Source of the DNA: Felis catus
Lineage: Eukaryota
Direction: 5' to 3'
Assembly (NCBI RefSeq): GCF_018350175.1
Contig: NC_058375.1
Coordinates: 36,642,001-36,706,000 of the forward strand
Length of the DNA stretch: 64,000 nucleotides
Numbering within the stretch: position 1 is the first letter of the stretch; each line of letters starts with the position of its first letter. A program made the position numbers and the translations under genes. This document shows positions 36,138 through 49,333 of the stretch, piece after piece. The notes beneath the pieces are model-generated. The model did not search any database, was not told the origin of the DNA, and worked only from the letters and a program-made list of their open reading frames with translations.

Positions 36138-38592
36138 GTAAGTATGGGGGTTGTGGGCTCTTTGGGGCTCCCTATAAGAGTGGGTCACAACCTAAGCAGA
36201 GCCCAAGCTGGGAAATAGGACACTGCTGTGTCCAGACTCTGTGGTACCAATTTCCCATTATGATAGGGTGCAGAATTCTCCCCAAATGCCGAGTCCTGGT
36301 CTCAGGAGCAGCCTGACTGCTACACAAGTTGGGGAGGAGAAGCGTAGGAGAAGGTCCTCCCTTCTAGGAAGCTTCAGCCCAGATTTAGCGCAGGGCAGTG
36401 TAGGCTAACAGGAGCAATTGTCCCCTTTTATAGGGACTGGGGGCCCAGTGAGAGGAAGAGGTTTGCCCAAGCTTACCTAGTGATCAAGGAAATTCAGTGG
36501 CCTCTGTAGGACAGGCAGCTGAAAGGAGAAATGCCTGAAGACCTCAGAGCAGAGAGTCGGCCTCAAGCAGCCTTTATTCATTCAACAAACCTCAAGCAGT
36601 CTTTATTCATTCAACAAACATTTATGTGCTAAGACTGTGCTAAGTGCTGGGGTGAAAGGTGAGCAAGCCCTTTCTCTGCCCTTGAGGATCTCAGATCCAG
36701 CAAAGCAGATAGGCAGACGGTGGCAACGTACTGTGTCTGGCCTTAGCAGAGGGGCTATGGGAGCCCACAGGAGGGGCCTGAACCCTGGTCAGAGAAGACT
36801 ATCTGGAGGAAATAGGTGAGGCTGGGAATTTGCACTGGGTGAGGAGGTTGTAAAGCATGCAAAAAGACCCAGAGGCAATGAAATCGGATATTGTTCAGAA
36901 AACCAGGAACAGATTGTATAGGGCATGTTTGAGGAAGCTGAGTAATGAGGCATGAACCCTGGAGATGGTGGTGGAGATGGGGAGAAATGGACGAAGACAA
37001 AGGCCTCAGATGGTGGCCAAGGGGCAGAAGGGGGGCAAGGCAGACAGAGGTTTTGGAGGTAATGTCTGTGGCTCTGGTATGAGCAACCTGGGGGATGTCC
37101 CACAGGCAGCTGCATACCCAATGGGGCTGCAGCTCTGGTTGGAGCTGGACATGGATATTTGGAAGTCATGTGACCACAAATGGTCAGTGAAGCCACTGAG
37201 TGGGTAACAGCACTCAGGCAGAGTGACCTCTGAGAAACCCAACTTACAAGGATTATGTGGAGAAACGGCCACCAGGAAGCAGATAGAGAAAGAGCAGTGG
37301 AAAGAAATCAAGGAGAGCACAATCTCAGAGAGATCAGAAGGGCATGGCACATGAAGTGTCCACTAGAGTTAGCACAGCATGGCACCACAGACCTTAGAGC
37401 CACACTAGAGTGGCTTAGAGTCAGTGAAAAGTGAGGAAGTAGAGACAGGAAGTGTAGATGGATTTTTGGAGAAATTGGGCTAGAGGTGAATAACCTGACT
37501 CCAATATGGTCCATGCCTTGGGCTTCTTTTAGCTTCAGGGCACTAGCCTTTATCCATATATCTGGAGAAGGCAAAGGGATCCCAGCAATATGGAGATAGT
37601 AGGGGCTCCGGTCCGAGGGGGTTAAAGGCAAATCCGGTTTGGTTTCTGGCCTCTGTTGGTCAGGCTTTGCCAGGCTGGGCAGGGCAGGGCAGGGCAGGTC
37701 TCAACCTCCTTGAAATTTGACCCTTATAGGCTGGGAGCCCAGCTCTCTGTCCTTGGGCAAACATGCCTGGGATCCAGCCACAATCTGCCACCTGGTTCTA
37801 GCCTCAGTTTCTATAGCTGGGCACCAAGGTGATGTCAGGCTGATTCATCTGCGGATACTCTGGATCAGGATGGCTTTGCTCTAAGAGGTGTGGCATCTGG
37901 ATAGTGTACCTCCTGCCCAGTCTGGGCCTCAGAATCCCCTGAGGTTTGGGGTTGAGCAAGAGAGAGCCTCTAAAAGAAACCCTGGCTGTACTCCCCCTCT
38001 GGTGCCTCAGATTTCCTGTGAGGCAAAGAGAGGTCTAGGTTAGATGAAGGGCAGGCCTCGAGTTTGATCCTGGAGAGGGGCCAAATGGGGCCTCAAGGTA
38101 GGTGTCCCTTCTCCCCGAGTCCCTCTCCAAGGTTGGAAGCAGGTGTAAACCTCAGCCCCACCTCTGTTGCCATGGTGACTGTTGAGCCTGTTCAAGCTAC
38201 AACCCCACTGTTTCACCTATCAGAAGACAGAGGCGTTTCACTCTGCAAGGAAATGGGGTGGAGGGGGTACCCTGCTGCCCTCACCTGCTTATTTTCACTC
38301 CTAGCTATGTGGCTTGACCCTGACAGCAGTGAGGAAAAGTCTTGCCCTTCTCCCATCCTGTAGATATTTCTGGAACCCCTGATCCCATTTATATCTGCAT
38401 AGGTGCTGGCTATGGGTGGCCCAGCTCCCATTTTTCTGGCTCTACAGAATATTTTCCTCCGTGCAGGATGAGTTTTTAAGACTCCTTAGCCAATAAAGGG
38501 AGAAACTTTCTCATTTCCCATCTTCCTGACTCAACTGCATGGTAAGGAGCTGCTTGCCCGCACTGTTTTATGGTCTGCCTCTCTGTCCCCAG

Positions 38593-38799
38593 CTGTGTGG
38601 CGTTGCCCTGTTGGCAGTGGGCATCTGGGTGTCCGTCGATGGGTCATCCTTCCTGAAGATCTTCGGGCCGCTGTCATCCAGTGCCATGCAGTTTGTCAAC
38701 GTGGGCTACTTCCTCATCGCAGCTGGTGCTGTGCTCTTTGCTCTTGGTTTCCTGGGCTGCTACGGTGCTCAGACTGAGAACAAGTGTGCCCTCATGATG
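38593..38799 (+). CDS. TSPAN1: Tetraspanin-1 coding exon 2
   Basis: [28 protein letters not shown]; AG/GT sites, 207 nt. Confidence 0.95.
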
Positions 38800-39006
38800 G
38801 TGTGTCAAACCCAGCTCCATAGGCCCATAACAGAGACCCGGGGCCCCCTCACCCTTGACACCAGGCTCTGGGGGTCCCCAAACCGTGCTCTGGACTCCAG
38901 AGGCCTCAGCAGAGGGGGCAACTGCCTTGTTTTAATGGGTGGTGGGTTACAATAAGTGAGGCAGGAGGGACTGTCTCTAAAATTCAGACCTCTGTTCCCC
39001 ATTCAG

Positions 39007-39081
39007 TTCTTCTTGATCCTCCTCATCATCTTCATCGCTGAGGTTGCAGCTGCTGTAGTTGCCTTGGTGTATACCACCATG
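39007..39081 (+). CDS. TSPAN1: Tetraspanin-1 coding exon 3 (TM3)
   Basis: FFLILLIIFIAEVAAAVVALVYTTM; 75 nt. Confidence 0.95.
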
Positions 39082-39197
39082 GTGAGGAGTGGGGATGGGG
39101 CAAGGGGGAAAGATCGGGAAAAACCCTGCACGTGGGCTGTGGCCTGTGAATGGCCGCCTTCCCTACCAGGCCCTAAGCATTGACCTGCCCCATCCAG

Positions 39198-39296
39198 GCT
39201 GAGCACTTCCTGACGTTGCTGGTAGTGCCTACCATCAAGAAAGACTATGGTTCTCAGAAGGACTTCACCCAAGTGTGGAACACCACCATGGAAGGG
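39198..39296 (+). CDS. TSPAN1: Tetraspanin-1 coding exon 4
   Basis: [18 protein letters not shown]; 99 nt. Confidence 0.95.
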
Positions 39297-39375
39297 GTAA
39301 GGTGGGCTGGGGGAGATTTTGGGGTGGGGAGAAAAAACGAGGCCCCACTGACCACCCTTCCCTCCTCATTTCCAG

Positions 39376-39531
39376 CTCAAGTGCTGTGGCTTTAACAACT
39401 ACACGGATTTTGAGGGCTCTCCCTACTTCATGAAGAACCATACCTTTCCCCCATACTGTTGCCTTGACGATGGCAATGGCACAGCCACAGAACCCTGCAC
39501 CAAGGAGAAGGCTGATGACAACGTTGTACAG
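39376..39531 (+). CDS. TSPAN1: Tetraspanin-1 coding exon 5 (large loop, CCG and PxxCC motifs)
   Basis: [18 protein letters not shown]..; 156 nt. Confidence 0.95.
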
Positions 39532-39631
39532 GTGTGGTATGGAAGGTTGGGGGCTGCTTTAATGTCCTCAAAGTGCTGAATGAGGGAGGGGTGCAGCTGC
39601 TGACTATAGCCCCTCTCTTCACTCCTCCAAG

Positions 39632-39715
39632 GGCTGCTTCAGTCAGCTTCTGTATGACATCCGAACCAACGCAGTCACTGTGGGTGCTGTGGCAGCTGGA
39701 ATTGGGGGTTTGGAG
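39632..39715 (+). CDS. TSPAN1: Tetraspanin-1 coding exon 6
   Basis: GCFSQLLYDIRTNAVTVGAVAAGIGGLE; 84 nt. Confidence 0.95.
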
Positions 39716-39901
39716 GTAAGGGGCATGAGGAGGTTGGGGCAGGATATCACCACTGGATCAGGGTGCTTGACCCATCTTGGAGGCCTTGCAGAAGGAGACA
39801 GACTTCTAACAGAGCTTCATGCAGAGTGTCTGGGAGGCAGGGGACTGAAGCGTAAGGACCCTGATCATATCCCTTATCTCTACCTATTCCCTTCCCACCA
39901 G

Positions 39902-39949
39902 CTGGCAGCCATGATCGTGTCCATGTATCTGTACTGCAATTTGAAGTAA
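39902..39949 (+). CDS. TSPAN1: Tetraspanin-1 last coding exon
   Basis: LAAMIVSMYLYCNLK*; exons sum to 726 nt = 241 aa + stop. Confidence 0.95.
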   Translation: MAAMIVSMYLYCNLK

Positions 39950-40365
39950 GTCTGCTTCTGCCTCCGCCACTGCTGCTGCCACAGAACTGGGAAGAGGCAT
40001 CCTGGCACTGTCAAGCGGCAGTGTTTGGGCTGAGGACAGGATCTAACAGTTTCATTTGGGCCAGAGTGGGCCCAGCCTTGCTGCTCTGGACTTGGGGCCA
40101 AATAGGGGACCACCCCCTTCCAGCTGTGCCTGAGTTTTCCTTCCAATGGTGGGGTTGGGGTCAGAACCTCTAAGGCAGTCAGTTCTCCTTCCCATACTTC
40201 CAGTCTGTCCCTTAAACCCTTGACACCCTTTCAAGCCAATGGGGCTCTCAGTGATCCCAGCAGCCCCGCTGCGGGATGAGAGAAAGGCACCCTAAAACAT
40301 GGACACATGCAAAATCAGCAGTCACGAGGCAGATGTGTAGAAGGCTCTTCAGAACTCATAACCCA

Positions 40366-40371
40366 ATTAAA
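40366..40371 (+). terminator. Candidate TSPAN1 polyadenylation signal ATTAAA
   Basis: Hexamer ~420 nt after the stop, T-rich downstream. Confidence 0.5.
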
Positions 40372-41868
40372 ATGTCTCCGTTTGGAACTCTTTTCGCGTA
40401 TCCTTGGAGAGGCAGGCCCATCTTGCCTCACTTGGCCTCAGATTCCTATGGGGCTGGTGACTCAGAAGGCCCCTGGAAAGGTCACAAGGGTGGAGGTAGA
40501 TGCCTATTTTCCCCCTTCATTTGGATTCCAGGCCTGGGAGGGAGCCTAACAGGGATGACCAAGAGGGCACTCGGGGAGGAACTGGGGGCTGGGCCAGTCT
40601 GCCTTCCCATAATGTGGGAGGACTTTGACCTGAAACTACCCCCTCCTGGGTGGGGGCAGTGGACTGGAAAGCTATGAAAATAACAAGCCTGTGCCCAGGT
40701 GGGGGTGGAGAGACAAGAAATACTGCCAAGGCAATGGGAGGGTCACTTCTTAGGCTCTGGAATCCCTCCAGAAGCCCCCATCAGAGGATCCAAGCTGCCT
40801 ACCCTTCTCACTCAGGCAAAGCCCATACCTGTCCTTGCCTTGGGGATTTTAGGAAGAACTTTGTTTATTTTGGTCTTGGCTTGCCTCTGGGACTCTACAG
40901 ATCTGATCTCTTAATCTTAACCACCCCCAAGCTCTAGAAACTGTGCCTAGAAAGGCCAAGTGACTTGTTCCACGTCCACAACCTTCCCTGAAGGGCTGAG
41001 CCTTGACTTGGGCCCAGACTGTCTGACTCCAGAGTCTGGTGGGGTCCTGGCTGATGTGGAGTCCAATGTACCTGAAGGCCAGAATATCCCAGACATAGAT
41101 CTGATTGCTGCTGAAACAGGACGGACAACACTAAGGAGGAAGGCTACAGCCAGCAAAACCCAGACTAGCAAACCAGTCCTCCTTACTCCCCACCTGGTTT
41201 TCCTAGGGCAGTCCAGAACTATTACCCCTTGCTGAGCCCGCGAAGGAACAGCAACCTGGAGAGAACCACACAGTGCCTGAGAGCTAGTCCCAGGTCCAGA
41301 TCAGGAGCCTGCTGGGGGGCTGGGCAGGGAGAGCAACTAGTCCCTCTCCCCACCTTCACAACCTTACCATCTCTCACACACCACCCTTCCCCAGGTACCT
41401 ACATGGAGGCTGCAGGGGATTTGTTTGCCCAGGGCGGGCCTCCACCACCTCGTGAGCTAACTGCTCCTTAACTTGACTGTTGTGGTACCTCAAGCACTAT
41501 CTCTAGCTCCAGCAAACACTGAAGGCGTCAGGGTGGCGAGAAATGTCGGAGCACCTGTGCCATGGTGGAGGGAGGGGTAGAGCTGATAAAAGGGCGGGAG
41601 TTCTAGTCAGTTCCTGCCTCCCTGGCCAAGGCTCTACATAAGGCACTCACCAGACTTACCTTGAACAGACTCTGCAGGCTGACCCATCTCAAGAGGTGTG
41701 GTCTACACTAGATCCCTTAAATGTCCTGCCACCTGCCTTAGACTTTCTTATCCACTCCTTCTAGACAGTCCTATCCATTTCCTGGTGCTTCTATGACTAA
41801 GTTAGATCTTTCTAACTTCTTTGGATCAGTGGCTAGGTGAGAATCTGATGAAAATGATGGCTTTTCAG

Positions 41869-42706
41869 GCTATCTGGGTGGCTCAGTTGGTTGAACATCC
41901 GACTTCGGCTCAGATTATGATCTCACAGTTTGTAAGTTTGAGCCCCACATCAGGTTTGCTGCTGTCAGCTCAGAGCTGCTTCAGTTCTTTTATTCCCCTC
42001 TCTCTACCTCTCCCTTGCTCATGCTTTCTCAAAGATAAACATTAAAAAAATAAGAAGAAACGGGGGTGCCTGGGTGGCTCAGTTGGTTTAGCATCTGACT
42101 TCAGCTCAGGTCATGATTTCATGGTTCATGAGTTCGAGCCCCACATTGGGCTCTGTGCTGACAGCTCAGAGCCTGGAGCCTGCTTCAGATTCTGTGTCTC
42201 CCTCTCTCTCTGTCTCTCCCCCACTTATGTTCTCTCTCTCTCTCTCCCAAAAATAAACATTAAAAAAATTTTTTTAAAGAAGAAATTGATAGCTTTTCTC
42301 CAGAAAAATTTATAGATATGGAATCTGCTTACAAAGTACCCAAAGGGGGGCACCTGGGTGGCTCAGTTTGTTAAGTGTCTGACTTTGGCTCAGGTCATGA
42401 TCTTGCAGTTCATGAATTTGAGCCTTACGTCAGGCACTCTGCTATCAATGCAGAGCCTGCTTATGATACTCTGTCTCCCTCTCTCTCTGCCCCTCTCCCA
42501 CTTGCTTGCTCTCACTCTCTCTCAAAAATAAACAAATATTAAAGGGTGCCTGGGTGGCTCAGTTAGTTAAATGTCCGATTTCAGCTCAGGTCATGATCTT
42601 GCGGTTCGTGGGTTCGAGCCCCGTGTCGGTCTCTGTGCTGACAGCTCAGTGCCTGGAGCTTGTTTCAGATTCTATGTCTCCCTCTCCCTCTGCCCCTCCC
42701 CTGCTC

Positions 42707-42751
<45 letters not shown>

Positions 42752-42790
42752 AATAAATAAAACATAAAAAAATTTAAAATAATAAACATT
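41869..42790 (+). mobile_element. Cluster of four tandem/nested CanSINEs
   Basis: Repeated GGGTGGCTCAG heads at ~41869, 42062, 42345 and 42544, each with CT/A tails. Confidence 0.9.
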
Positions 42791-43342
42791 AAAATAAAAG
42801 TATCCTAAGGACCACAGATCCTTGTTCCTACAACTCCATCTTCAGCCCAGTCATAGCCTCCTGAATGATGCCACCCCAGTTCTGTTTCACTCACTTCCTT
42901 TCCAACCCCCCTAGACTCACCTGCTCTCCCATCACCTCCCCTAACGCCAAGTATCCCTTTTGCTCTGTTGCTTCATCTCTGGAGACAGGTACCTAAACAG
43001 ACAAGCTAGGCAGGTTAACTGCCTGATGGGAAGAGGCTTGGGGTGGCTTCTGTAAGCTCAGCCCCAAGTACAGTGAGGCTAAGGTCAGGCTCAGCTGTCT
43101 TAAGGTGGAGCTTAGGGAAAAACCTTGGTGTTTGAGACTGGGGCATCCCCTGGTGGCCAAATGGTGCCAAATGGAAGCTAAACTCTGTGGAGGACAGTAA
43201 GGAAAACTCATTATCCATCATGACCATTCTCTCTCCTACCCATCTCTCTCTCTGTGTCTCTCTCTCTTCCCCCTCCCTGCCCCCCCCCCGCCCCCACACA
43301 GTCATACCATCATAAAACACATCCCCAGAGGTTTTCTCCTTT

Positions 43343-43348
43343 TTTAAT
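43343..43348 (-). terminator. Candidate POMGNT1 polyadenylation signal ATTAAA
   Basis: Minus-strand ATTAAA ~560 nt after the stop. Confidence 0.55.
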
Positions 43349-43909
43349 CAATGACCACCTTATCCAGCTTTGGAAACCTGGACAAAGAGGAGGCTGAGAA
43401 GAGGCCTGGTTCAGTGTCTGAGGGTCTCTGAGTGAGTCTGCATCAGCAGGTGGGCCCCAGCGGGCCTGTCCATGGGTTGGGCACAGCAGTTTCCTGAGTA
43501 AGAGCCAGCCCCACCCTCAGGGCAGCACCCAGCCAAGAAAGGAATCAAGGCCCTCCAGGCTTCAGCCTTTTCCCAAGGTCCTCAGGACAGTCAATAAATA
43601 GGTTAGATTCTGAGCCAGGCTTGGGAGGAGGGAGTGTGCAAAGGGCAGGATCAGCTGCCCAGGGACCCCGATGATTCCCAGGTACTATCCTGCCCCTTCC
43701 CACAAGGAAGTAAATAAATAGACCTCCAACTCAAGAACAGGGGCGTTGGAGCAGGGGAAGCCTCCCCTTGAGTTAGTAATTAAGTCTCATGTTAAAAACA
43801 AACCAGCCCCAACCCCTGCCAGTGTCTACAAAATCCTACAGGATGGGGTGAAGGGCTAGCCTGCCTGGGGGTACACAGTACCCAGCCCTGCAGGGTCCTG
43901 GAAGAGGTC

Positions 43910-43997
43910 TCATGTCTGTTCTGCAGCTCCTGGGGCTCCCTCTTCCTTTGGGGGTGGCTCCAGGAAAATTGGGATGATGGATGGTGGCTTCTTCACC
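43910..43997 (-). CDS. POMGNT1: POMGNT1 exon 22 (last coding)
   Basis: [28 protein letters not shown]; 88 nt. Confidence 0.93.
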
Positions 43998-44095
43998 CTG
44001 GAAAGATAATTTGAAAATGTATAGGGAAAAGGTAATTAGCTATGCCCGCTAATCCCACTAGACTCTCACATCCCAGGGCAGAAAAGAGTCACTCA

Positions 44096-44239
<144 letters not shown>

Positions 44240-44461
44240 TCAGAGAGCTGTGGGGAGGGGCCACTGAGGACCCTTGGCTCAGCCTCCAGCCCCTCAACAG
44301 TCTCAATTTGTAAGAGGTAGCATCTTCTAGAATATGGAATTAGACAAAGGGTTTGAAAGAGGGGTTCCCAGAGGATGAAGCAAAGGTTCTGAGGTAGAAG
44401 ATTCCAGAACAAAGGCTCCCTGTATCTGGTGGGGAGGAGTAAGCCTGGGGTGGGTATGTTA

Positions 44462-44662
<201 letters not shown>

Positions 44663-44837
44663 TTACAAGGCCCTGTGCTTAGTTTAAAGCTCTGCTATTG
44701 CTGTCTTGAAATTCTTAATTTTTCAACAAGGTGTCCTGCTTTTCATTTTGCAGCGGGCCCCAAAAATAATGGGGCCAAGACCCCCAGTATTTGCCTCCTC
44801 ACTCCCTGCCATATATCCCTACTGCCATAGGCCATAC

Positions 44838-44882
44838 CTGAGCAGCCTGTGAATTTCTGCTTCATAAGCTTCCTTCTTCAGA
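44838..44882 (-). CDS. POMGNT1: POMGNT1 exon 19
   Basis: LKKEAYEAEIHRLL; 45 nt. Confidence 0.93.
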
Positions 44883-44907
44883 CTGAAGGAGAAGGAAAAA
44901 TGGGTCA

Positions 44908-45165
<258 letters not shown>

Positions 45166-46356
45166 TTAGGGCATTACGCTGTCAGGCCCACACCCGCCCA
45201 TTGACCCACCACATAGCCACAAGGCCCACAGATGAAGTCCTGGACCCACAGAGGTCCCCCTAATTTCCCTCCATCTTCCCTATCCTCCTTTTTGTAGCAT
45301 CTTTGGCCGGCTCTCATAGCCTTTTTTTTTTTTTTTTTAAGTTTATTTATTTATTTTGAGAGAGAGAAAGACTGTGAACAGGGGAGGGGCAGAGAGAGAG
45401 GGAGAATCTCAAGCAGGCTCTGCACTGTGAGTGCAGAGCCCAATGCAGGGCTCAAACTCAAGAAACTGAGATCATGACTTGAGCCAAAATCAAGAGTCAG
45501 ATGCTTAACTGATGGAGCCACCCAGGCGCTCCTGCTCTTACTAGCTTTAATTTCAGCTCCCCCATTGCTAGAGACCTCATGCCCACACCAGCAGCTCATG
45601 CTCCTGACCCCTGGGTTAGTCCCTATTCCCAGTGGTTCTCCCCGGGTCTGCTGTTGTAGAGCCACAGAAGCCAGAAACAGGCCCTGTGGGGACCAGAGGG
45701 CAAAAGGCCAGTCTGAGCTGAGACGGAGGAAAGTGCTAAGACCAAGGTACTGAAAGTGTCAATGCCTGCCCCTCTCTGGGAGATGAGTAGGGTCTTGTAT
45801 AAGCCGATCTTTCAGGGTCCTTCTGGAATCTAGGAGGTTCTAAGCTGCCCATATGTTCCTTTGGGCTGGCCTGTCTCAATGCATACTCTTGCTGTATGTG
45901 CGGAGTGGCCCTTTGGACACAGCCATGTAAAGCATGGAGGCCCGGGGACCTCCCTGTTCACTTTGGGCTGAGGCTTGGGCCCCTCCACTTGCAAGGACAG
46001 GAGAGGGCAAAGCTTCCACGGCTGCATAAGCGCCTGGTGGCAGAAATCCCCTCCCCACACCCACAGTTGGGTGCTAAGAATAGTAATAATGAAAAAAATA
46101 CGAGCTAACCCTTATATAATGCTTGCAGTTCAAAGCATTTTACATATATTAACTTATTTAAGCCTCGTAACCTGGAACCCTTGTGATAGGTAGTATCTTT
46201 ATCCTCATTTTACAAATAAGGAAACTGAGGCAAATGAAGATAAGGAATTTTCCCCAAAGTTAATAAGTGGAAGAGCTGGGACTGCTCTAGAGTCCATGTT
46301 CTTGCTCTATCTACTATTCTGTGCCCACCTCCACAATATCCCTGCCTCCCACTCAC

Positions 46357-46482
46357 GTGGAAGTAGCCATTCATGTTGAGGCCAACGATGCCGAAGTGGT
46401 AGGATCTGGAAACATCAGGGATGATGCACTCTCGGCCTCGGCGTTGTTCAGGCATCCGCATCCACATGTCCCAGTCCCAGAG
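46357..46482 (-). CDS. POMGNT1: POMGNT1 exon 17
   Basis: [34 protein letters not shown]; 126 nt. Confidence 0.95.
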
Positions 46483-46566
46483 CTGGGGGCATGGAAGATT
46501 ATGATGGTTAAGAGGTTTGGAGCTGGGAGGGGACTCCAGCCCACTCACCCTACCCTGCCAGGGCAC

Positions 46567-46695
46567 CTTTTCCGGTGTGGGCCACTTGGGCTCAAGCTCC
46601 TCCTTATACAGGGACTTCCTGAGCACCCAGCCCAGGCCAGGCATGGTCTCTACACGGTACAGCAGTGCTGGGTCCTCAGCTGTGTGTTCATATCC
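46567..46695 (-). CDS. POMGNT1: POMGNT1 exon 16
   Basis: [30 protein letters not shown]; 129 nt. Confidence 0.95.
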
Positions 46696-46783
46696 CTGGG
46701 GACAGGGGTGCCATGGTGGGAGGTATCAGCTTGGTGCTTGTGCTGTACCAACACCCCAGCTGACCCCTGGCCACTTGGCTTAC

Positions 46784-46856
46784 TTGGTCGTTCCAGGCAG
46801 AGATACAGTACAGGCTGTCGTCCTCTTCTAGTAGGTGGATGGACTGGCTCAGGAAA
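46784..46856 (-). CDS. POMGNT1: POMGNT1 exon 15
   Basis: [24 protein letters not shown]; 73 nt. Confidence 0.95.
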
Positions 46857-47195
46857 CTGAGACAGGCAGGGTCCAAGGGTTCAGGGAAGGACAAGGACAA
46901 ACCCAGTCACACAGTGATGCTGGAGGAGCTAGAGATGGGACTCAGGAGTCATGCCTACTTGTCCCTTCCCCCAAATCCCCACTGTGTCTACCCATCCTTC
47001 TACTCTCTACTCCAACCCCAACACCTGCTGTCCTACCTTTGCAGGCTTTCCCCCCACTTTTAAGCTTATTTTCCTCAGAAAGCTCTCCCAGACATCCCAC
47101 TGCCTTCTTTCCTGGAGACCCAGTTAAGCAAAGAGGCCCAAGGAAGCCTATAGGAGCTGAGTGGAGAGGTACTTATGGAAGGGCACTCCCCTCAC

Positions 47196-47254
47196 CTGAA
47201 AAAGTCCACAGCAATGTCCAGGTCCTCTTCCAGAACCACGGCAAACCTGGCTTC
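47196..47254 (-). CDS. POMGNT1: POMGNT1 exon 14 (EEDLD metal-binding motif of GT13)
   Basis: EARFAVVLEEDLDIAVDFF; 59 nt. Confidence 0.95.
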
Positions 47255-47465
47255 CTGCAGGGGGAGGGGGACAGCATGACCCCAAGGGGGCCTTTCCCAT
47301 CCTGTGCCTCCTCCACCCCCATCTTATTTCTCAAGCAGCACTACCCCTGTTTTCCAGATCAGGAAGCTGAGGTCCAGAGAGGAGAAGAGCTTGCTATATA
47401 ATAAGACCAGACCTTATACCCATGTTTCTCTTCCCTAGGTCCAAGGACTTTGTCCTTACTACTCA

Positions 47466-47681
<216 letters not shown>

Positions 47682-47768
47682 CTAGAAGGCATGGCCACTG
47701 GTCACCATGTGAGCCACCTCCCCCTGCCCACTTTGCAGGCTCCGCCATGCCAAACCATTTACATTTCA

Positions 47769-47957
<189 letters not shown>

Positions 47958-48162
47958 TTAGGTCTCTGTCACCCAACTCTGGGTTCCCTTGTGCTTATAG
48001 ATGGGTCCACATCCCCCTGTTCACCCACATGGGTGAATGGGCCTAGAATCTGTTGCCTTTCTGCCCACCTCAAGAGTTCCTCCTGCAGGCAGATAAGCTT
48101 GAGGGTCCCACTTGCTAAGCACCCTCCTGTTCAGTGCTGGATACAGCCCACTCCCAGGCTCA

Positions 48163-48252
<90 letters not shown>

Positions 48253-48591
48253 TTAGTTCTTGCCTCACTCCCTCTTCACATTGGGATCCCCACCTAGGGA
48301 AGAGTTCTTTGGGGAGAAGGCGACTCCAGAGTAGAGAGGGAAAAGGCAGAGGGTCTCCCTGTCCCGGCCCTCCCATACACTCAACCCACATCCAACTCCA
48401 GGCCTTTGTTCACATGGCCTACTCTTCCCCCCAACAGGATGCCCCCCCCACCCCACCCCCACCCCCCGTCTTTCAGAGCTCAGCACAGATCCTCTGGTCC
48501 TGGTTCCCTCTCAGGCTGAGGTAGGGAAAGCCCAACCTGGCTCTTTCCTAGGGCCTCTGGCTGAATTGAGAAGGAGTCCAAGCCTCACTGT

Positions 48592-48739
48592 NNNNNNNNN
48601 NNNNNNNNNNNNNNNNNNNNNNNNNNNNNNNNNNNNNNNNNNNNNNNNNNNNNNNNNNNNNNNNNNNNNNNNNNNNNNNNNNNNNNNNNNNNNNNNNNNN
48701 NNNNNNNNNNNNNNNNNNNNNNNNNNNNNNNNNNNNNNN
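48592..48739 (-). other. POMGNT1: N gap inferred to contain POMGNT1 exon 9 (~128 nt)
   Basis: Exon 8 ends in phase 1 and exon 10 starts in phase 0. A 128-nt exon restores 660 aa. Branch-like TGAC and a pyrimidine tract abut the gap. Confidence 0.8.
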
Positions 48740-48837
48740 GGGAGGGATGGGGTCAACAGGATGAGGCATGTAGGGGCAGAAGACCAGTGTGGTTTACAAA
48801 ACCCCAGGCACTCAGTCAAGAGAATAAAGCTCCATTA

Positions 48838-49104
<267 letters not shown>

Positions 49105-49168
49105 CTATTTGCCCCCAACCCCACCCCATCTCTTGGTGTTCTGTTCCTTCCAGACCCCTGATACTTTA

Positions 49169-49333
<165 letters not shown>

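Noticed and set aside
46321-47401. 179- and 188-aa plus-strand ORFs
   Set aside because: Antisense shadows of POMGNT1 exons and GC-rich introns.
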